A stretch of DNA of 64,000 bases from Patescibacteria group bacterium (GCA_028716665.1 JAQUPP010000002.1:267717-331716); one strand, 5' to 3'. Counted from the stretch's first letter, positions 36,913 through 47,041 are shown. Notes: generated by a model from the letters alone, not told the origin. Translations and numbers: made by a program.

Positions 36913-37231
36913 AAAGAAAAATGGCTACACAATTGATACTGAAGGATATCGGGTAGATACTTTCTTTGTCAAAAAAGATGGCCATTACGCAATTTGGAGT
37001 GTAGAAAGTCAAAAAGCCGGGCATTGTGAAGTATACGGACGAGAAGCGGAATTGGTAAAAATTTTTGATTCCGAAGGAACAGATAAAGAAATAATGTTGT
37101 TCTGTCTGAAAAATGTGAAGAAAAAATTTAAAAATTGGTGCGCGTCCAAAGAAATACAGTTTACTACAATAAAAGAAGATGAAGGAGATTCCAATATTCT
37201 TGAGATTCCTTCTCCTTTGCAGATTAAGTAA
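36893..37231 (+). CDS. hypothetical protein (cassette U11, gene 2)
   Basis: 112 aa, SD AAGGAGG inside the upstream gene. Confidence 0.75.
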   Translation: MNVRIHKKKNGYTIDTEGYRVDTFFVKKDGHYAIWSVESQKAGHCEVYGREAELVKIFDSEGTDKEIMLFCLKNVKKKFKNWCASKEIQFTTIKEDEGDSNILEIPSPLQIK

Positions 37232-37244
37232 AGAAATAATCTTT

Positions 37245-37278
37245 AAGCCGTTATCTCGCGAGATTTAACGGCTTTTTT
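37245..37278 (+). terminator. terminator of U11
   Basis: AAGCCGTTA...TAACGGCTTTTTT. Confidence 0.8.
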
Positions 37279-37347
37279 ATTTGCAAATTTATTTTATCTC
37301 GGCTATAATATTAATAATATGCGGCAGAGTAGAATCTATTTAAATTT

Positions 37348-38952
37348 ATGAAATATAAATTTTTCAACAAAAAAATCAGCGGAATTTTTACAATACCTTC
37401 GGGTATTGTTTCTACTAATGTATCGGTGATTGAAAAAATTATTAAAGAGATTCCTGAAATCGGAATCATTACCACAAAAAGCATCGGATTAAAACCGAAA
37501 ACAGGAAACAAGGAGCCGGTTATCGCGAAATACGCTCCTTTTTCTTTTATCAATGCCGTCGGACTTGCTAATCCGGGAGCGGAAGAATTTGCGAATCAAT
37601 TATCAAAAATAAAAATTCCCGATGATAAATTTTTATTAATTTCAATTTTTGGAGATAGTGTCAGTGAATTCAGAGAAGTCGCGGAAAAATTATTTGATTG
37701 GGCGGATGGTTTTGAACTGAATATTTCCTGTCCGCATTCTGATAAATACGGCCAAGTCATAGGCCAGGATAAAAAATTAATAGGCGAGATAACAAAAAGC
37801 GTTGCTTCTTTTGGAAAACCGGTTTTTGTTAAAATCTCGCCAAGTTTAAATATTAAAGAAACAGTGGAATGCGTTGTGAAAAATGGCGCATCCGGAATAA
37901 CAGCCATAAACACCAAGGGTCCGGAATTATTTTCACAAAATAATTTTTCTGTTCTTTTGAATAAAGTGGGCGGAATTTCCGGAAAAGCAATTTTAAAACT
38001 CGGTTTAAAAAGCGTGAAGGAAGTAAGAAAAATTACCAACTTGCCGATAATAGCCTGTGGTGGAATTTCAACAGCCGAAGACATAAGAAATTACAAGCAA
38101 GCCGGAGGGGATTTTTTCGGAGTAGGTTCTGCTTTAGCCGGAATGAATACGGAAGAAATGAAGCAGTATTTTCATCAATTGTCTTTGGATTTGGAAAAAG
38201 GAACAAATAAATCCGCCAAACTCTTAAAAAACAAGATAAACACGAAATATAAAAAATACAAAGTCATAGAAAATAAGCAAGTAACCGAAGATTTATTTTT
38301 CTTGAAGTTAGACGGGGACATAAAAATAAAAGCGGGGCAATTTATCTTTACTTGGCTGCCGGAAGTGGGGGAGAAACCGTTTTCCGTCTTTGATGACAAG
38401 CCGTTAACTTTATTTATTCAAAAAAGAGGCTGTTTCACGAACGAATTGTCAAAATTAAAAAAAGGAAATGATTTATATATCAGGGGACCTTATGGAAATT
38501 CGCCGATCATGAATGGAAAAATTTTATTGGTAAGCGGAGGGACGGGAATGGCGGCGCTTTATCTGTTCGCCAAAAGAAACAAGAAAACGATTGCGATTTT
38601 GGGAGCAAAAGATAAAAATCATTTGCCTTATATTGAAAAATTCAAATCAGTATGCGAAGAAATTTTTTTAACAACGGAAAATGGCGAAGTTGGACACAAA
38701 GGCTTGGTGACGGATGAATTGGAAAAAATTATAAAAAATACGCGGCCGGATTATTGCATTAATTGCGGTCCGGAAAAAATGGTGAAAGAAGTTATAAAAA
38801 GAGAAATTAAATATATAAATCCGGAAAAAATTTATTCTTCAATAGATTTTTTGACAAAATGCGGAATCGGTTTGTGTGGGAGTTGCGCCACTTCAAAAGG
38901 ATACAGAAGCTGCGTCGACGGAAATTTTTTAAAAATAAAACAAATTCAGTAA
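37348..38952 (+). CDS. pyrD: dihydroorotate dehydrogenase family 1B fused to PyrK electron-transfer subunit
   Basis: TKS, NAVGLANPG, ELNISCPH, INT, GGISG; C-half GEKPFS, RGPYG, GGTG, CGIGLCGSC...C. Confidence 0.88.
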   Translation: MKYKFFNKKISGIFTIPSGIVSTNVSVIEKIIKEIPEIGIITTKSIGLKPKTGNKEPVIAKYAPFSFINAVGLANPGAEEFANQLSKIKIPDDKFLLISIFGDSVSEFREVAEKLFDWADGFELNISCPHSDKYGQVIGQDKKLIGEITKSVASFGKPVFVKISPSLNIKETVECVVKNGASGITAINTKGPELFSQNNFSVLLNKVGGISGKAILKLGLKSVKEVRKITNLPIIACGGISTAEDIRNYKQAGGDFFGVGSALAGMNTEEMKQYFHQLSLDLEKGTNKSAKLLKNKINTKYKKYKVIENKQVTEDLFFLKLDGDIKIKAGQFIFTWLPEVGEKPFSVFDDKPLTLFIQKRGCFTNELSKLKKGNDLYIRGPYGNSPIMNGKILLVSGGTGMAALYLFAKRNKKTIAILGAKDKNHLPYIEKFKSVCEEIFLTTENGEVGHKGLVTDELEKIIKNTRPDYCINCGPEKMVKEVIKREIKYINPEKIYSSIDFLTKCGIGLCGSCATSKGYRSCVDGNFLKIKQIQ

Positions 38953-39098
38953 GATTTAAATAAAAACATTCCGATATTCTCAAGAATGTCGAATATTCAA
39001 GGATTTGATTAAAATCGATCATCTCCTGATTTTTTTTATATTGCCATTTGCCCGTTTTTTTGGTATAGTAAAGATATAAATAATCATAATTTTATTAT

Positions 39099-39446
39099 AT
39101 GGAAGATGTTATTTTGATTACAAAACCTATTTCTAAACAAGAACTTAAAGAAATTGCCGTCAAAAGATTCGGCGATCTGGTAAAAGCAGTAGTTGATCTT
39201 GAAAAAGGAACAATGGCATTAGGAGCCGATTTGCACTCTGACGAAGAAGCATTTTTATTGAATAACGGTTCTGACCAGCAAAATTTGTGGGGTATCAATC
39301 TTTATCCGGATCTTGAAATGCCGGAAATGGTTGAATTTGATTCTGTTATTAATATTCGTCCAAAACAGAATAATCGCTCGCGTTCAGTTGAAAATGAAGA
39401 AATTAGAGAAAAAATTTTGGCAGTTGTTAAAAATTTTATTATTTAA
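39099..39446 (+). CDS. DUF5674-like protein
   Basis: VKAVVD, LHSDEE, LWGINLYP, INIRP...NRS. Confidence 0.75.
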   Translation: MEDVILITKPISKQELKEIAVKRFGDLVKAVVDLEKGTMALGADLHSDEEAFLLNNGSDQQNLWGINLYPDLEMPEMVEFDSVINIRPKQNNRSRSVENEEIREKILAVVKNFII

Positions 39447-39448
39447 AT

Positions 39449-39784
39449 ATGGATTTTATTCATTCTAATTTGGCAAATGGCCGTTGGTCTGTAATGACGT
39501 TAGCCGAGCAAATGGCCAATGTTGGCAGTGAATTTGAAAGGGCATTGCAATGGAAGAAAAAAAATAATTCGCAATTTTTTGACAATGCCGCGGCAAGAAT
39601 GCTGGATTTAATGGATTTAACCATCAGCGACAAACGTTGGCACAACCATCGCCTTAAAGAATTAACGAGAATAAGAGAGGTGGTTTGCGAAGAATTATTT
39701 AATGAATCACCGAATCAAAAATCAATTGAAGGTTTGGAAAAGTATTTTTTAAGTTTCGGCTATCTGGCCAGATTAAATAAATAA
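39449..39784 (+). CDS. conserved hypothetical helical protein
   Basis: EQMANVGSEFERA, ELTRIRE; starts 2 nt after the upstream gene. Confidence 0.75.
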   Translation: MDFIHSNLANGRWSVMTLAEQMANVGSEFERALQWKKKNNSQFFDNAAARMLDLMDLTISDKRWHNHRLKELTRIREVVCEELFNESPNQKSIEGLEKYFLSFGYLARLNK

Positions 39785-39788
39785 GAAT

Positions 39789-40442
39789 ATGAAATTTTTA
39801 CTTACTTCGTCAGGTCTTACAAACAAATCAATTGCCAAAGCTTTATTGGAATTGGTCGGTAAAAAAGCCAAAGAAACAACCATTGCTTTTATTCCAACCG
39901 CGGCCAATCCCATTCAAGACGACAAAACTTGGTTGATTAACGATCTGTACAATATCAAGAAACAAAATTTTAAAAGCATTGATATTGTTGATATTTCCGC
40001 TTTGCCGAAAAAAAATTGGCTGCCGCGGCTTGAAGACGCCGATGTTCTGTTTTTTTCCGGAGGAAATGTTTTTCATTTGATGTATTGGATGAAAAAATCA
40101 GGTTTGGCGAAAATCTTGCCCAAGCTTTTAAAAACCAGAGTTTACGTCGGAATCAGCGCCGGCAGCATGGTTACCACCAAAGACCTCTCATTCAGCTCTG
40201 CTAAACGCCTTTATTATGAAGATTTGAAAGGAAAGCCCGACGAAAAAGGACTCGGGTTTTTTGATTTTTATTTCCGTCCGCATCTCAATTCTCCGCATTT
40301 TCCAAAAGTCCGCAAGAAATTTTTGGAACAAACGAAAAAAGGATTAAAAGATCCCATCTACGCCCTTGATGACCAATCCGCCCTCAAAATTAAAAACAAA
40401 AAAATTGAAATCATCACCGAAGGCAAATATCTAAAAATATAG
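39789..40442 (+). CDS. peptidase S51 (peptidase E-like)
   Basis: LLTSSG, FIPTA, SGGN, GISAGS, RPH. Confidence 0.88.
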   Translation: MKFLLTSSGLTNKSIAKALLELVGKKAKETTIAFIPTAANPIQDDKTWLINDLYNIKKQNFKSIDIVDISALPKKNWLPRLEDADVLFFSGGNVFHLMYWMKKSGLAKILPKLLKTRVYVGISAGSMVTTKDLSFSSAKRLYYEDLKGKPDEKGLGFFDFYFRPHLNSPHFPKVRKKFLEQTKKGLKDPIYALDDQSALKIKNKKIEIITEGKYLKI

Positions 40443-40450
40443 TTTCTAAT

Positions 40451-41425
40451 ATGAGTAAAAAAGAAATAAACAAGAATTTAGTTATTTATCAGGCGAAATC
40501 CGGCGCAATTGAGCTTCGGGGTGATTTTACGCGCGAAACCATATGGGCTACGCAGGCACAGATAGCTGATGTTTTTCAGGCTGAGCGATCAGTTGTGACT
40601 AAACATATTCAAAATATTATTAAAGATAAAGAATTGGATGCTAATTCAGTATGTGCAAATTTTGCACATACTGCGAATGACGGAAAAGTATATAAAGTGC
40701 AGTTTTACAACCTTGATGTAATTTTGGCTGTGGGATACAGAACTAATTCAAAACGAGCTATTGAGTTTCGCCAATGGGCGACCAAAACGCTGCGAAGCTA
40801 TATCATTGATGGTTTTGCCGTGAATAAAAATCGTATTGCGAAAAATTACCAGCAGTTTTTAAATGTAGTTGATGATATTAAAAAATTCCTACCTGCCGGA
40901 CCGGCGATGGAAGCAAGGGATGCAGTTGAGCTTGTTTCGCTTTTTGCCGATACTTGGTTGTCGCTTGATGCATATGATAGAGATTCTTTGCCAAAAGGGA
41001 AACTAACAAAAAAGAAAGTTGAATTAACGGCAGATAAAATCATTGACAGCCTTACTGAATTAAAAACAGAGCTTATTCGCAAGTCAGAAGCGACTGATAT
41101 TTTCGGTATGGAAAGAAGCAGGGGATCTGTGGCGGGAATTGTCGGCAATGTAATGCAATCTTTCGGAGGCAAGGAATTATATGAAAGTGCGGAAGAAAAA
41201 GCGGCGCATTTGTTGTATTTTATGGTTAAAAATCATCCCTTTACTGATGGAAATAAAAGAAGCGGAGCATTTGCTTTTGTCTGGTTTTTAAAACAAGCCA
41301 ATATTTTAAATGTATCAAAACTTACTCCTTCCGCTCTTACGGCACTTACGATTCTTGTCGCAAGTAGCGATCCGAAAGACAAAGATAAAATTGTGGCTTT
41401 AATTTTAAATTTAATTGCTAAATAA
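40451..41425 (+). CDS. RhuM-Fic/Doc fusion protein
   Basis: YNLDVILAVGYR...FRQWAT; Fic motif HPFTDGNKR. Confidence 0.9.
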   Translation: MSKKEINKNLVIYQAKSGAIELRGDFTRETIWATQAQIADVFQAERSVVTKHIQNIIKDKELDANSVCANFAHTANDGKVYKVQFYNLDVILAVGYRTNSKRAIEFRQWATKTLRSYIIDGFAVNKNRIAKNYQQFLNVVDDIKKFLPAGPAMEARDAVELVSLFADTWLSLDAYDRDSLPKGKLTKKKVELTADKIIDSLTELKTELIRKSEATDIFGMERSRGSVAGIVGNVMQSFGGKELYESAEEKAAHLLYFMVKNHPFTDGNKRSGAFAFVWFLKQANILNVSKLTPSALTALTILVASSDPKDKDKIVALILNLIAK

Positions 41426-41430
41426 ATTCG

Positions 41431-42021
41431 ATGAGTAAAATAAAAGTTTTAATTCAAGGTTACGCCAAAGAAAAAAACGGACAAGAATTCGCTTCGTCAA
41501 CAACCACGCTGATTCAAGAGAAAGGATTAAACATAATCGTTGACCCGGGAATGAACCGAAAATTATTATTAACGTCTTTGAAAAAACAAGGTTTGACTGT
41601 TTTGGATATAAATTATGTGATTTTAACGCATGATCACTCAGACCATTGTCTTTTGGCCGGAATTTTTGAAAAAGCCAAAATTTTGGACGCGGATGATATT
41701 TATTCATGGGACGGAAAAATCACCGGTCATAACGGTAAAGTCCCCGGAACTGAAATTAAAATTATAAAAACGCCCGGCCACGCCATGTTTCATTGTTCAG
41801 TTTTAGTCCAGACAAAGGAACTCGGAAAAACGGCCATTGTCGGCGATGTTTTCTGGTGGGCAGACGAAGAAAAACAAAAAACAGACCAACAAAGCCTGTT
41901 AAAACACAAAGACCCTTACGTAAAAAATGAAAAATTGCTCCTGGCAAGCAGAAAAAAGATTCTGAAAACCGCGGATTATATCATCCCCGGCCATGGAAAA
42001 ATGTTCGAAACAGGGGATTAA
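41431..42021 (+). CDS. metallo-beta-lactamase fold hydrolase
   Basis: VDPG, THDHSDH, TPGH, GD, IPGHG. Confidence 0.9.
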   Translation: MSKIKVLIQGYAKEKNGQEFASSTTTLIQEKGLNIIVDPGMNRKLLLTSLKKQGLTVLDINYVILTHDHSDHCLLAGIFEKAKILDADDIYSWDGKITGHNGKVPGTEIKIIKTPGHAMFHCSVLVQTKELGKTAIVGDVFWWADEEKQKTDQQSLLKHKDPYVKNEKLLLASRKKILKTADYIIPGHGKMFETGD

Positions 42022-42095
42022 AAATGGGGGATTGATTTAAAAAGCTTGCCCCGTAGCGAACTTGTTCTGCTTCTGGGGTTATCCACAATTCAAAT

Positions 42096-42130
42096 TTGAC
42101 AAATTATAATATGTACGTTATTATGTACAT
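42096..42130 (+). promoter_or_regulatory. TA promoter with Phd/YefM-type operator
   Basis: TTGACA-17-TATTAT overlapped by ATGTAC...GTACAT inverted repeat. Confidence 0.7.
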
Positions 42131-42162
42131 AGAGATTTATAAAAAATAAACAAAAAAATATT

Positions 42163-42525
42163 ATGAATATGAAAACAACTTTGCCCATTTCTGAGGCAAG
42201 AAAACAAATTTTTTTAATCGCAGAAGAGGCCCAAAGGCCCGGCAATTATTATACTTTAACCGAAAAAGGAAGGCCAAAAGTGGTGATGATGTCTGCCGAA
42301 GAGTTTGAATCTTGGCAGGAAACTTTGGAAGTGATGCAAGAATTTCCCAATTTGAAGAAAGACATCGCGCGCGCCGAAGCGGAAATAAAAAAAGGTGATT
42401 ATATCACCTTAGAAGAAATGATGGCCAAAAGCGGTTATATTTTAGCGGATAAATCAAAACAAAAATATGGCATATCAAATAATCATCGCCAAGAGTGTGC
42501 AAAAAGAAATAGAAAAGTTAAATAA
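42163..42525 (+). CDS. Phd/YefM antitoxin
   Basis: ISEARK, LTEKGRPKVVMMS.EEFESWQETLE. Confidence 0.9.
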   Translation: MNMKTTLPISEARKQIFLIAEEAQRPGNYYTLTEKGRPKVVMMSAEEFESWQETLEVMQEFPNLKKDIARAEAEIKKGDYITLEEMMAKSGYILADKSKQKYGISNNHRQECAKRNRKVK

Positions 42526-42718
42526 TGTTTTTCAGATAAAAATTCAACTTGCGTTAGCTCAATTGGCAATCAATCCTTTCATTGGGAAAAAATTAGAAGG
42601 CGAATATAAAGATTCGTGGTCATATCGCGTTTGGCCGTATCGCATTTTGTATAAAATTCGCAAGCGCGAATTGGAAGTCTGGATAGTCAAAGTCGGACAT
42701 CGACAAGGAGTTTATTAA
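42467..42718 (+). CDS. RelE/ParE toxin
   Basis: KKLEG, YRV..YRILY, VGHRQGVY. Confidence 0.9.
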   Translation: MAYQIIIAKSVQKEIEKLNNVFQIKIQLALAQLAINPFIGKKLEGEYKDSWSYRVWPYRILYKIRKRELEVWIVKVGHRQGVY

Positions 42719-42736
42719 TAAAATTAATATAAAAAT

Positions 42737-43552
42737 ATGACAGATGATATAATTATTAATTCCCTTAATAAAGATTTTGAGAGTATTAAAAAAATTACTA
42801 AAAATGGTATTGAGTATTGGCAAGCTCGCGAATTAATGCCTCTTTTAGATTATCCAAATTGGCAAAAAGCAGAAGAAGTGATAGCTAGGGCTGCTAGGGC
42901 CTGTATTAATAGCGGCCAAGCTGTGGATAACCATTTTCACCAAATGGTTAAAATGGTGGAGATTGGCTCAAGTACAATGCGAGAAATAAGAGACTGGAAA
43001 TTAGATCGATATGCTTGTTATTTGGTTGCGCAAAACGGCGATCCTAATAAGCAAGAGATTGCTTTGGCTCAGACTTATTTTGCCATTCAAACAAGAAAAC
43101 AAGAAATATTTGAACAACTTTCTGCTTCCGATAAACGACTTTTTATTCGTGGCGAAGTAACGGCGGAAAATAAAAAGCTTTTCAGCACTGCTAAAAGAGC
43201 CGGTGTAACAAAATTCGGTTCATTTAATGATGCTGGCTATAAAGGATTGTATGGAATGCCTCTTGCGGATATTGAAAATAGAAAAGGAATAAGGAAAGGA
43301 GAACTTTTGGATCGTGCAGGAACAACTGAGCTGGCAGCAAATTTATTTCGAATAACTCAGACTGATGAAAAAATCAGAAAAGATGATATCAGGGGGGATG
43401 ACCTTGCGTCAAGAACGCATTTTATGGTCGGTGGTAAAGTCCGACAGACAATCAAGGATATAGGCGGAACACTTCCGGAAAATCTTCCGCCGGAAAAACA
43501 TATTAAGGAATTAAAAAGTGAGAAAAGAAAAAGTTTAAAAAAAAGAAACTAA
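42737..43552 (+). CDS. dinD: DNA damage-inducible protein D
   Basis: EYWQARELM, RYACYLVAQNGDP.K, AQTYFA.QTR.QE, ELAANLFR.TQ. Confidence 0.88.
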   Translation: MTDDIIINSLNKDFESIKKITKNGIEYWQARELMPLLDYPNWQKAEEVIARAARACINSGQAVDNHFHQMVKMVEIGSSTMREIRDWKLDRYACYLVAQNGDPNKQEIALAQTYFAIQTRKQEIFEQLSASDKRLFIRGEVTAENKKLFSTAKRAGVTKFGSFNDAGYKGLYGMPLADIENRKGIRKGELLDRAGTTELAANLFRITQTDEKIRKDDIRGDDLASRTHFMVGGKVRQTIKDIGGTLPENLPPEKHIKELKSEKRKSLKKRN

Positions 43553-43613
43553 CATATACTTACAAAAAATATCTCGATATTTTTATTGGAAATGATAAAT
43601 AATAATATAAACG

Positions 43614-43685
43614 AAGCAGAAAAAAGATTTTAAAAATCGCGGATTATATCATCCCCGGCCACGGAAAAATGTTCAAAACAGGGGG
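43614..43685 (+). pseudogene. duplicated 3' end of the MBL hydrolase gene
   Basis: near-identical to 41946-42017 (SRKKILK.ADYIIPGHGKMF). Confidence 0.85.
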
Positions 43686-43724
43686 AATAGTATTAAAAAT
43701 AAAAAATGATAAAATAAGATAATT

Positions 43725-45611
43725 ATGCGTTTTATTGGTTGTAAAGAAAATTTACTTGGTTTTATAGAAACCTTTGTCAAAAAAAAAGACATAAGAGGTA
43801 ATACCTTTTGTGATCTTTTTGCTGGAACAGGAAGTGTCGCTAAACATTTCAAAAAGCTTGGCTATAAAATTATTTCATCCGACCTTTTATATTTTTCTTA
43901 TGTTTTGCAAAAAGTTTATATTGAACAAAATCAATATCCTAAATTCGCTAAATTATTAAAATATTTAAAAATAAATCCCGTAGAGGAAACTCTTTTTACT
44001 AGTGACAGTCAAAACGCAAAAGAAGTAATCAAATGTCTTAATAATTTAGAAGGAACTGAGGGTTTTATTTATAAAAATTACTCACCTGAAGGCACACGGG
44101 GTCAAACAAATCTTCGTAAATATTTTACTGGCAATAATGCCAAACAAATTGACACGATAAGAGAAAAAATTGAGGAATGGAAAAAATCAAATTTCCTTAA
44201 TGAGCAAGAGTATTTTTTCTTACTTGGCGCACTTATTGAAGCAGTGCCATTTGTCGCAAATATCAGTGGGACTTATTCTGCTTTTCTTAAAAAATGGGAC
44301 AAGCGAGCATTTAAAAAACTAACACTTGAAGTGCCAGAAATTATTAAGAGCAATGAAACACATAAAGTGTTTAATATTAATGGTTTAAATGTTTTTGATC
44401 AGATAAAAGGAATTGATATTTTATATCTTGATCCGCCCTACAATGAGAGACAATACGCACCGAACTATCATATTTTAGAAACTATCGCAAAATGGGATAA
44501 ACCAGAAATTAAAGGTATTACTGGAATGAGAGCTTATGAAAATCAAAAATCTGAATTTTGTAATTCAAAATCTGGTATTAAAGCTCTTGATGAAATTATT
44601 AAAAAAAGCGACTTTAAACATTTAATTTTGAGTTATAATGATGACGGTATTATGCCAGAAAATGAAATATTAAAACTATTTAATAATGCTGGAAAAATTG
44701 AGGTAACAGAACAGGATTATCAAAGGTATAAAAGCAATAATAATGGCGATCAAAAAAATGGAGTAAGGGAAAAACTTTATTATCTTAAAAGAGTAAACCA
44801 TAATAATAAACTTAATGATTTAAGCGGCTCAGAGTGGATTTACTTTTTAAATTCGGTTGATGTAACTCACTATTCAACAAAAGGAATAGACGGCTTTGCC
44901 CATCATTTACGTGGAAAACATCCCTCGCCTAAACCACCTCAATTGATGAAAAAATTTATTGATTTTTTTACAAAAGAAAATCAAATCGTCCTCGATCCAT
45001 TTATGGGCGTTGGCGGAACATTAATTGCTTGCTCATTATCTAATCGAAAAGGAATTGGTATAGATTTATCAAAAAAATATATTGATTTATATAAAAAGGT
45101 TTGTAAAGAACTTAACGTTGTTGAGCAAACAACGATTGTTGGTAATTCCACAGGAATAGATAAATTATTAAAAAAAGGTACGACTATTGATTTTATTCTA
45201 ACTGATCCGCCATACGGTGAAATGTTAAGTAAAAAACGAACAGGACAAAGAAAAAAGAAAACAGGTATAGCCGTAGCCACGCCATTTACTAATCACGAAA
45301 CTGATTTGGGAAATATGGAACGAGAAAATTTTCTTGAATCATTAAAAGAGATAATTGCAAAATCAGCGGAATATCTAAAACCAAAAGGATATATTGCTGT
45401 TTTTGTAAAAGATTTACAACCTAAAAATGGCGAGCATAATATGCTTCATGCTTTTATAACAGATAAATTATTAGAAATTCCAGATATATCTTTTCGGGGT
45501 TATAAAATTTGGTATGACGCAACGCAGAAACTTTATCCTTTTGGCTATCCGCACGCTTTCGTTGCCAACCAATTTCATCAATTTATTATGATATTTCGTA
45601 AAGAAAAGTAG
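43725..45611 (+). CDS. DNA methyltransferase with two fused amino-MTase domains
   Basis: domain 1 DLFAGTG...LDPPY; domain 2 HPSPKP, DPFMGVG...TDPPY. Confidence 0.9.
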   Translation: MRFIGCKENLLGFIETFVKKKDIRGNTFCDLFAGTGSVAKHFKKLGYKIISSDLLYFSYVLQKVYIEQNQYPKFAKLLKYLKINPVEETLFTSDSQNAKEVIKCLNNLEGTEGFIYKNYSPEGTRGQTNLRKYFTGNNAKQIDTIREKIEEWKKSNFLNEQEYFFLLGALIEAVPFVANISGTYSAFLKKWDKRAFKKLTLEVPEIIKSNETHKVFNINGLNVFDQIKGIDILYLDPPYNERQYAPNYHILETIAKWDKPEIKGITGMRAYENQKSEFCNSKSGIKALDEIIKKSDFKHLILSYNDDGIMPENEILKLFNNAGKIEVTEQDYQRYKSNNNGDQKNGVREKLYYLKRVNHNNKLNDLSGSEWIYFLNSVDVTHYSTKGIDGFAHHLRGKHPSPKPPQLMKKFIDFFTKENQIVLDPFMGVGGTLIACSLSNRKGIGIDLSKKYIDLYKKVCKELNVVEQTTIVGNSTGIDKLLKKGTTIDFILTDPPYGEMLSKKRTGQRKKKTGIAVATPFTNHETDLGNMERENFLESLKEIIAKSAEYLKPKGYIAVFVKDLQPKNGEHNMLHAFITDKLLEIPDISFRGYKIWYDATQKLYPFGYPHAFVANQFHQFIMIFRKEK

Positions 45612-45612
45612 T

Positions 45613-47004
45613 ATGAAAAATAAAAATTTGTGGATTTTAACAGAAGAAAGACCAAAGCGAGAAGTTATCGCTAATATTTTAATGATGTTTGCAAAAAATA
45701 ATGAATTTGTCTGCTTTGTTGACACTATCCGCATTTTACCAATTTTAGAGAATGGTAAATTTTCATTTTTATATGAAGTGGTTGGTTTTCGTTGCAATAA
45801 AATTGAGAGAGTTTTTATAAAATCTGTTAGCGGTTTTGGTAGTTTTGTTGATTTTTTAATTTTTTTTCAAGAAAAACAGCCGATACAAACAGATTTACCA
45901 ATATATGCGATAGAAGAAACAAAAACTGATGATAAAGAAAGCAGAAACACAGGCGTATATCAGCGTGCTTCAAAATTTGTATTTATCGAAAAATACTATC
46001 CTAAAATAAAGAAAGTAATGCTTTATAATTTACAGATAGAACAAAAAGAGATACCAACAGCTACTTATATTTTCGGCACACGATTATTATTAACTCTTGG
46101 AGTTGAAATACTCGGTAAAAAACTAGATAGTAAAATTTTTCAGCCATTTCATTCACTTGATGAAATTATTGCTCTTAAAAAAGCAATGAGAAAAGCCCAT
46201 AAAGGCAATGTCCCGATTTTAATTAAAAAAATTGGCAATAAAATTACAGTTTCTGGTAGATTATATAAATCAGATGGGCTTGCTCATGATCCAAATATCG
46301 GGGCATTAAGTTTGATTTGCGCCGTTATTAGGGAATTAGGTTGGGATGGTGAAATTATTATTACTAAACACGGCTTAAAACAAAAACATATTCAAACTGA
46401 TAATAAATTTATAAAAATTGCTAACAAGTTGAATATAAAAATTCATGGACTTTTAATCCCTGTCAGTAAACATAGAGATAATTATTGGAAATATGAAACA
46501 GAGGGCGAAAAACTTGGCACAATTTTTATTCATTTAGTAGTTGAGAATTTTACAGAAGGATATGCAATTTTTGAAAATCATGCTGGATGTGAAAAAGGTT
46601 ATTTTATAACGAGCGATGGCAAACATATTCCACTTGAAAAATACTCAGATAGAAAAGCATACAAAGCCGGAAATAAAAATAAAATAATTAGCATCCCTGA
46701 TTTAATTTTGATTGATTTTGGAAGAAGTGAGATTGTCAATATTGAGGGTAAAAAATATCAATTTCGCCAAGACGGAATTAAAGAATTAAAAGGTTTTGGT
46801 GATATAGAAAAAACTTATATCAAAAAATATTATCCGAAATTTAAAATTACTCGTACTGTCGTTTTATATGGCGGAACTAAAACAAAAATTATTGAAATTG
46901 AAGTAGGTTTTTTACTCAATGAAAACGGCGATCTTATACTAGGAATGAAAGCACCAAAATTATTTAAAGAAGCAATTAAAAACCTTTTAGATTTTTGGTT
47001 GTAA
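45613..47004 (+). CDS. putative type II restriction endonuclease
   Basis: coupled to the MTase; VD...IEETK and PD...IEGK PD-(D/E)xK-like motifs. Confidence 0.65.
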   Translation: MKNKNLWILTEERPKREVIANILMMFAKNNEFVCFVDTIRILPILENGKFSFLYEVVGFRCNKIERVFIKSVSGFGSFVDFLIFFQEKQPIQTDLPIYAIEETKTDDKESRNTGVYQRASKFVFIEKYYPKIKKVMLYNLQIEQKEIPTATYIFGTRLLLTLGVEILGKKLDSKIFQPFHSLDEIIALKKAMRKAHKGNVPILIKKIGNKITVSGRLYKSDGLAHDPNIGALSLICAVIRELGWDGEIIITKHGLKQKHIQTDNKFIKIANKLNIKIHGLLIPVSKHRDNYWKYETEGEKLGTIFIHLVVENFTEGYAIFENHAGCEKGYFITSDGKHIPLEKYSDRKAYKAGNKNKIISIPDLILIDFGRSEIVNIEGKKYQFRQDGIKELKGFGDIEKTYIKKYYPKFKITRTVVLYGGTKTKIIEIEVGFLLNENGDLILGMKAPKLFKEAIKNLLDFWL

Positions 47005-47041
47005 TAAAAAGATTAAAATTATATAATTAAATCTCAAAATA

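Noticed and set aside
42079-42930. oriC suggested by DnaA boxes TTATCCACA (42079) and TGTGGATAA (42922)
   Set aside because: Isolated boxes, one inside dinD, with no cluster or dnaA
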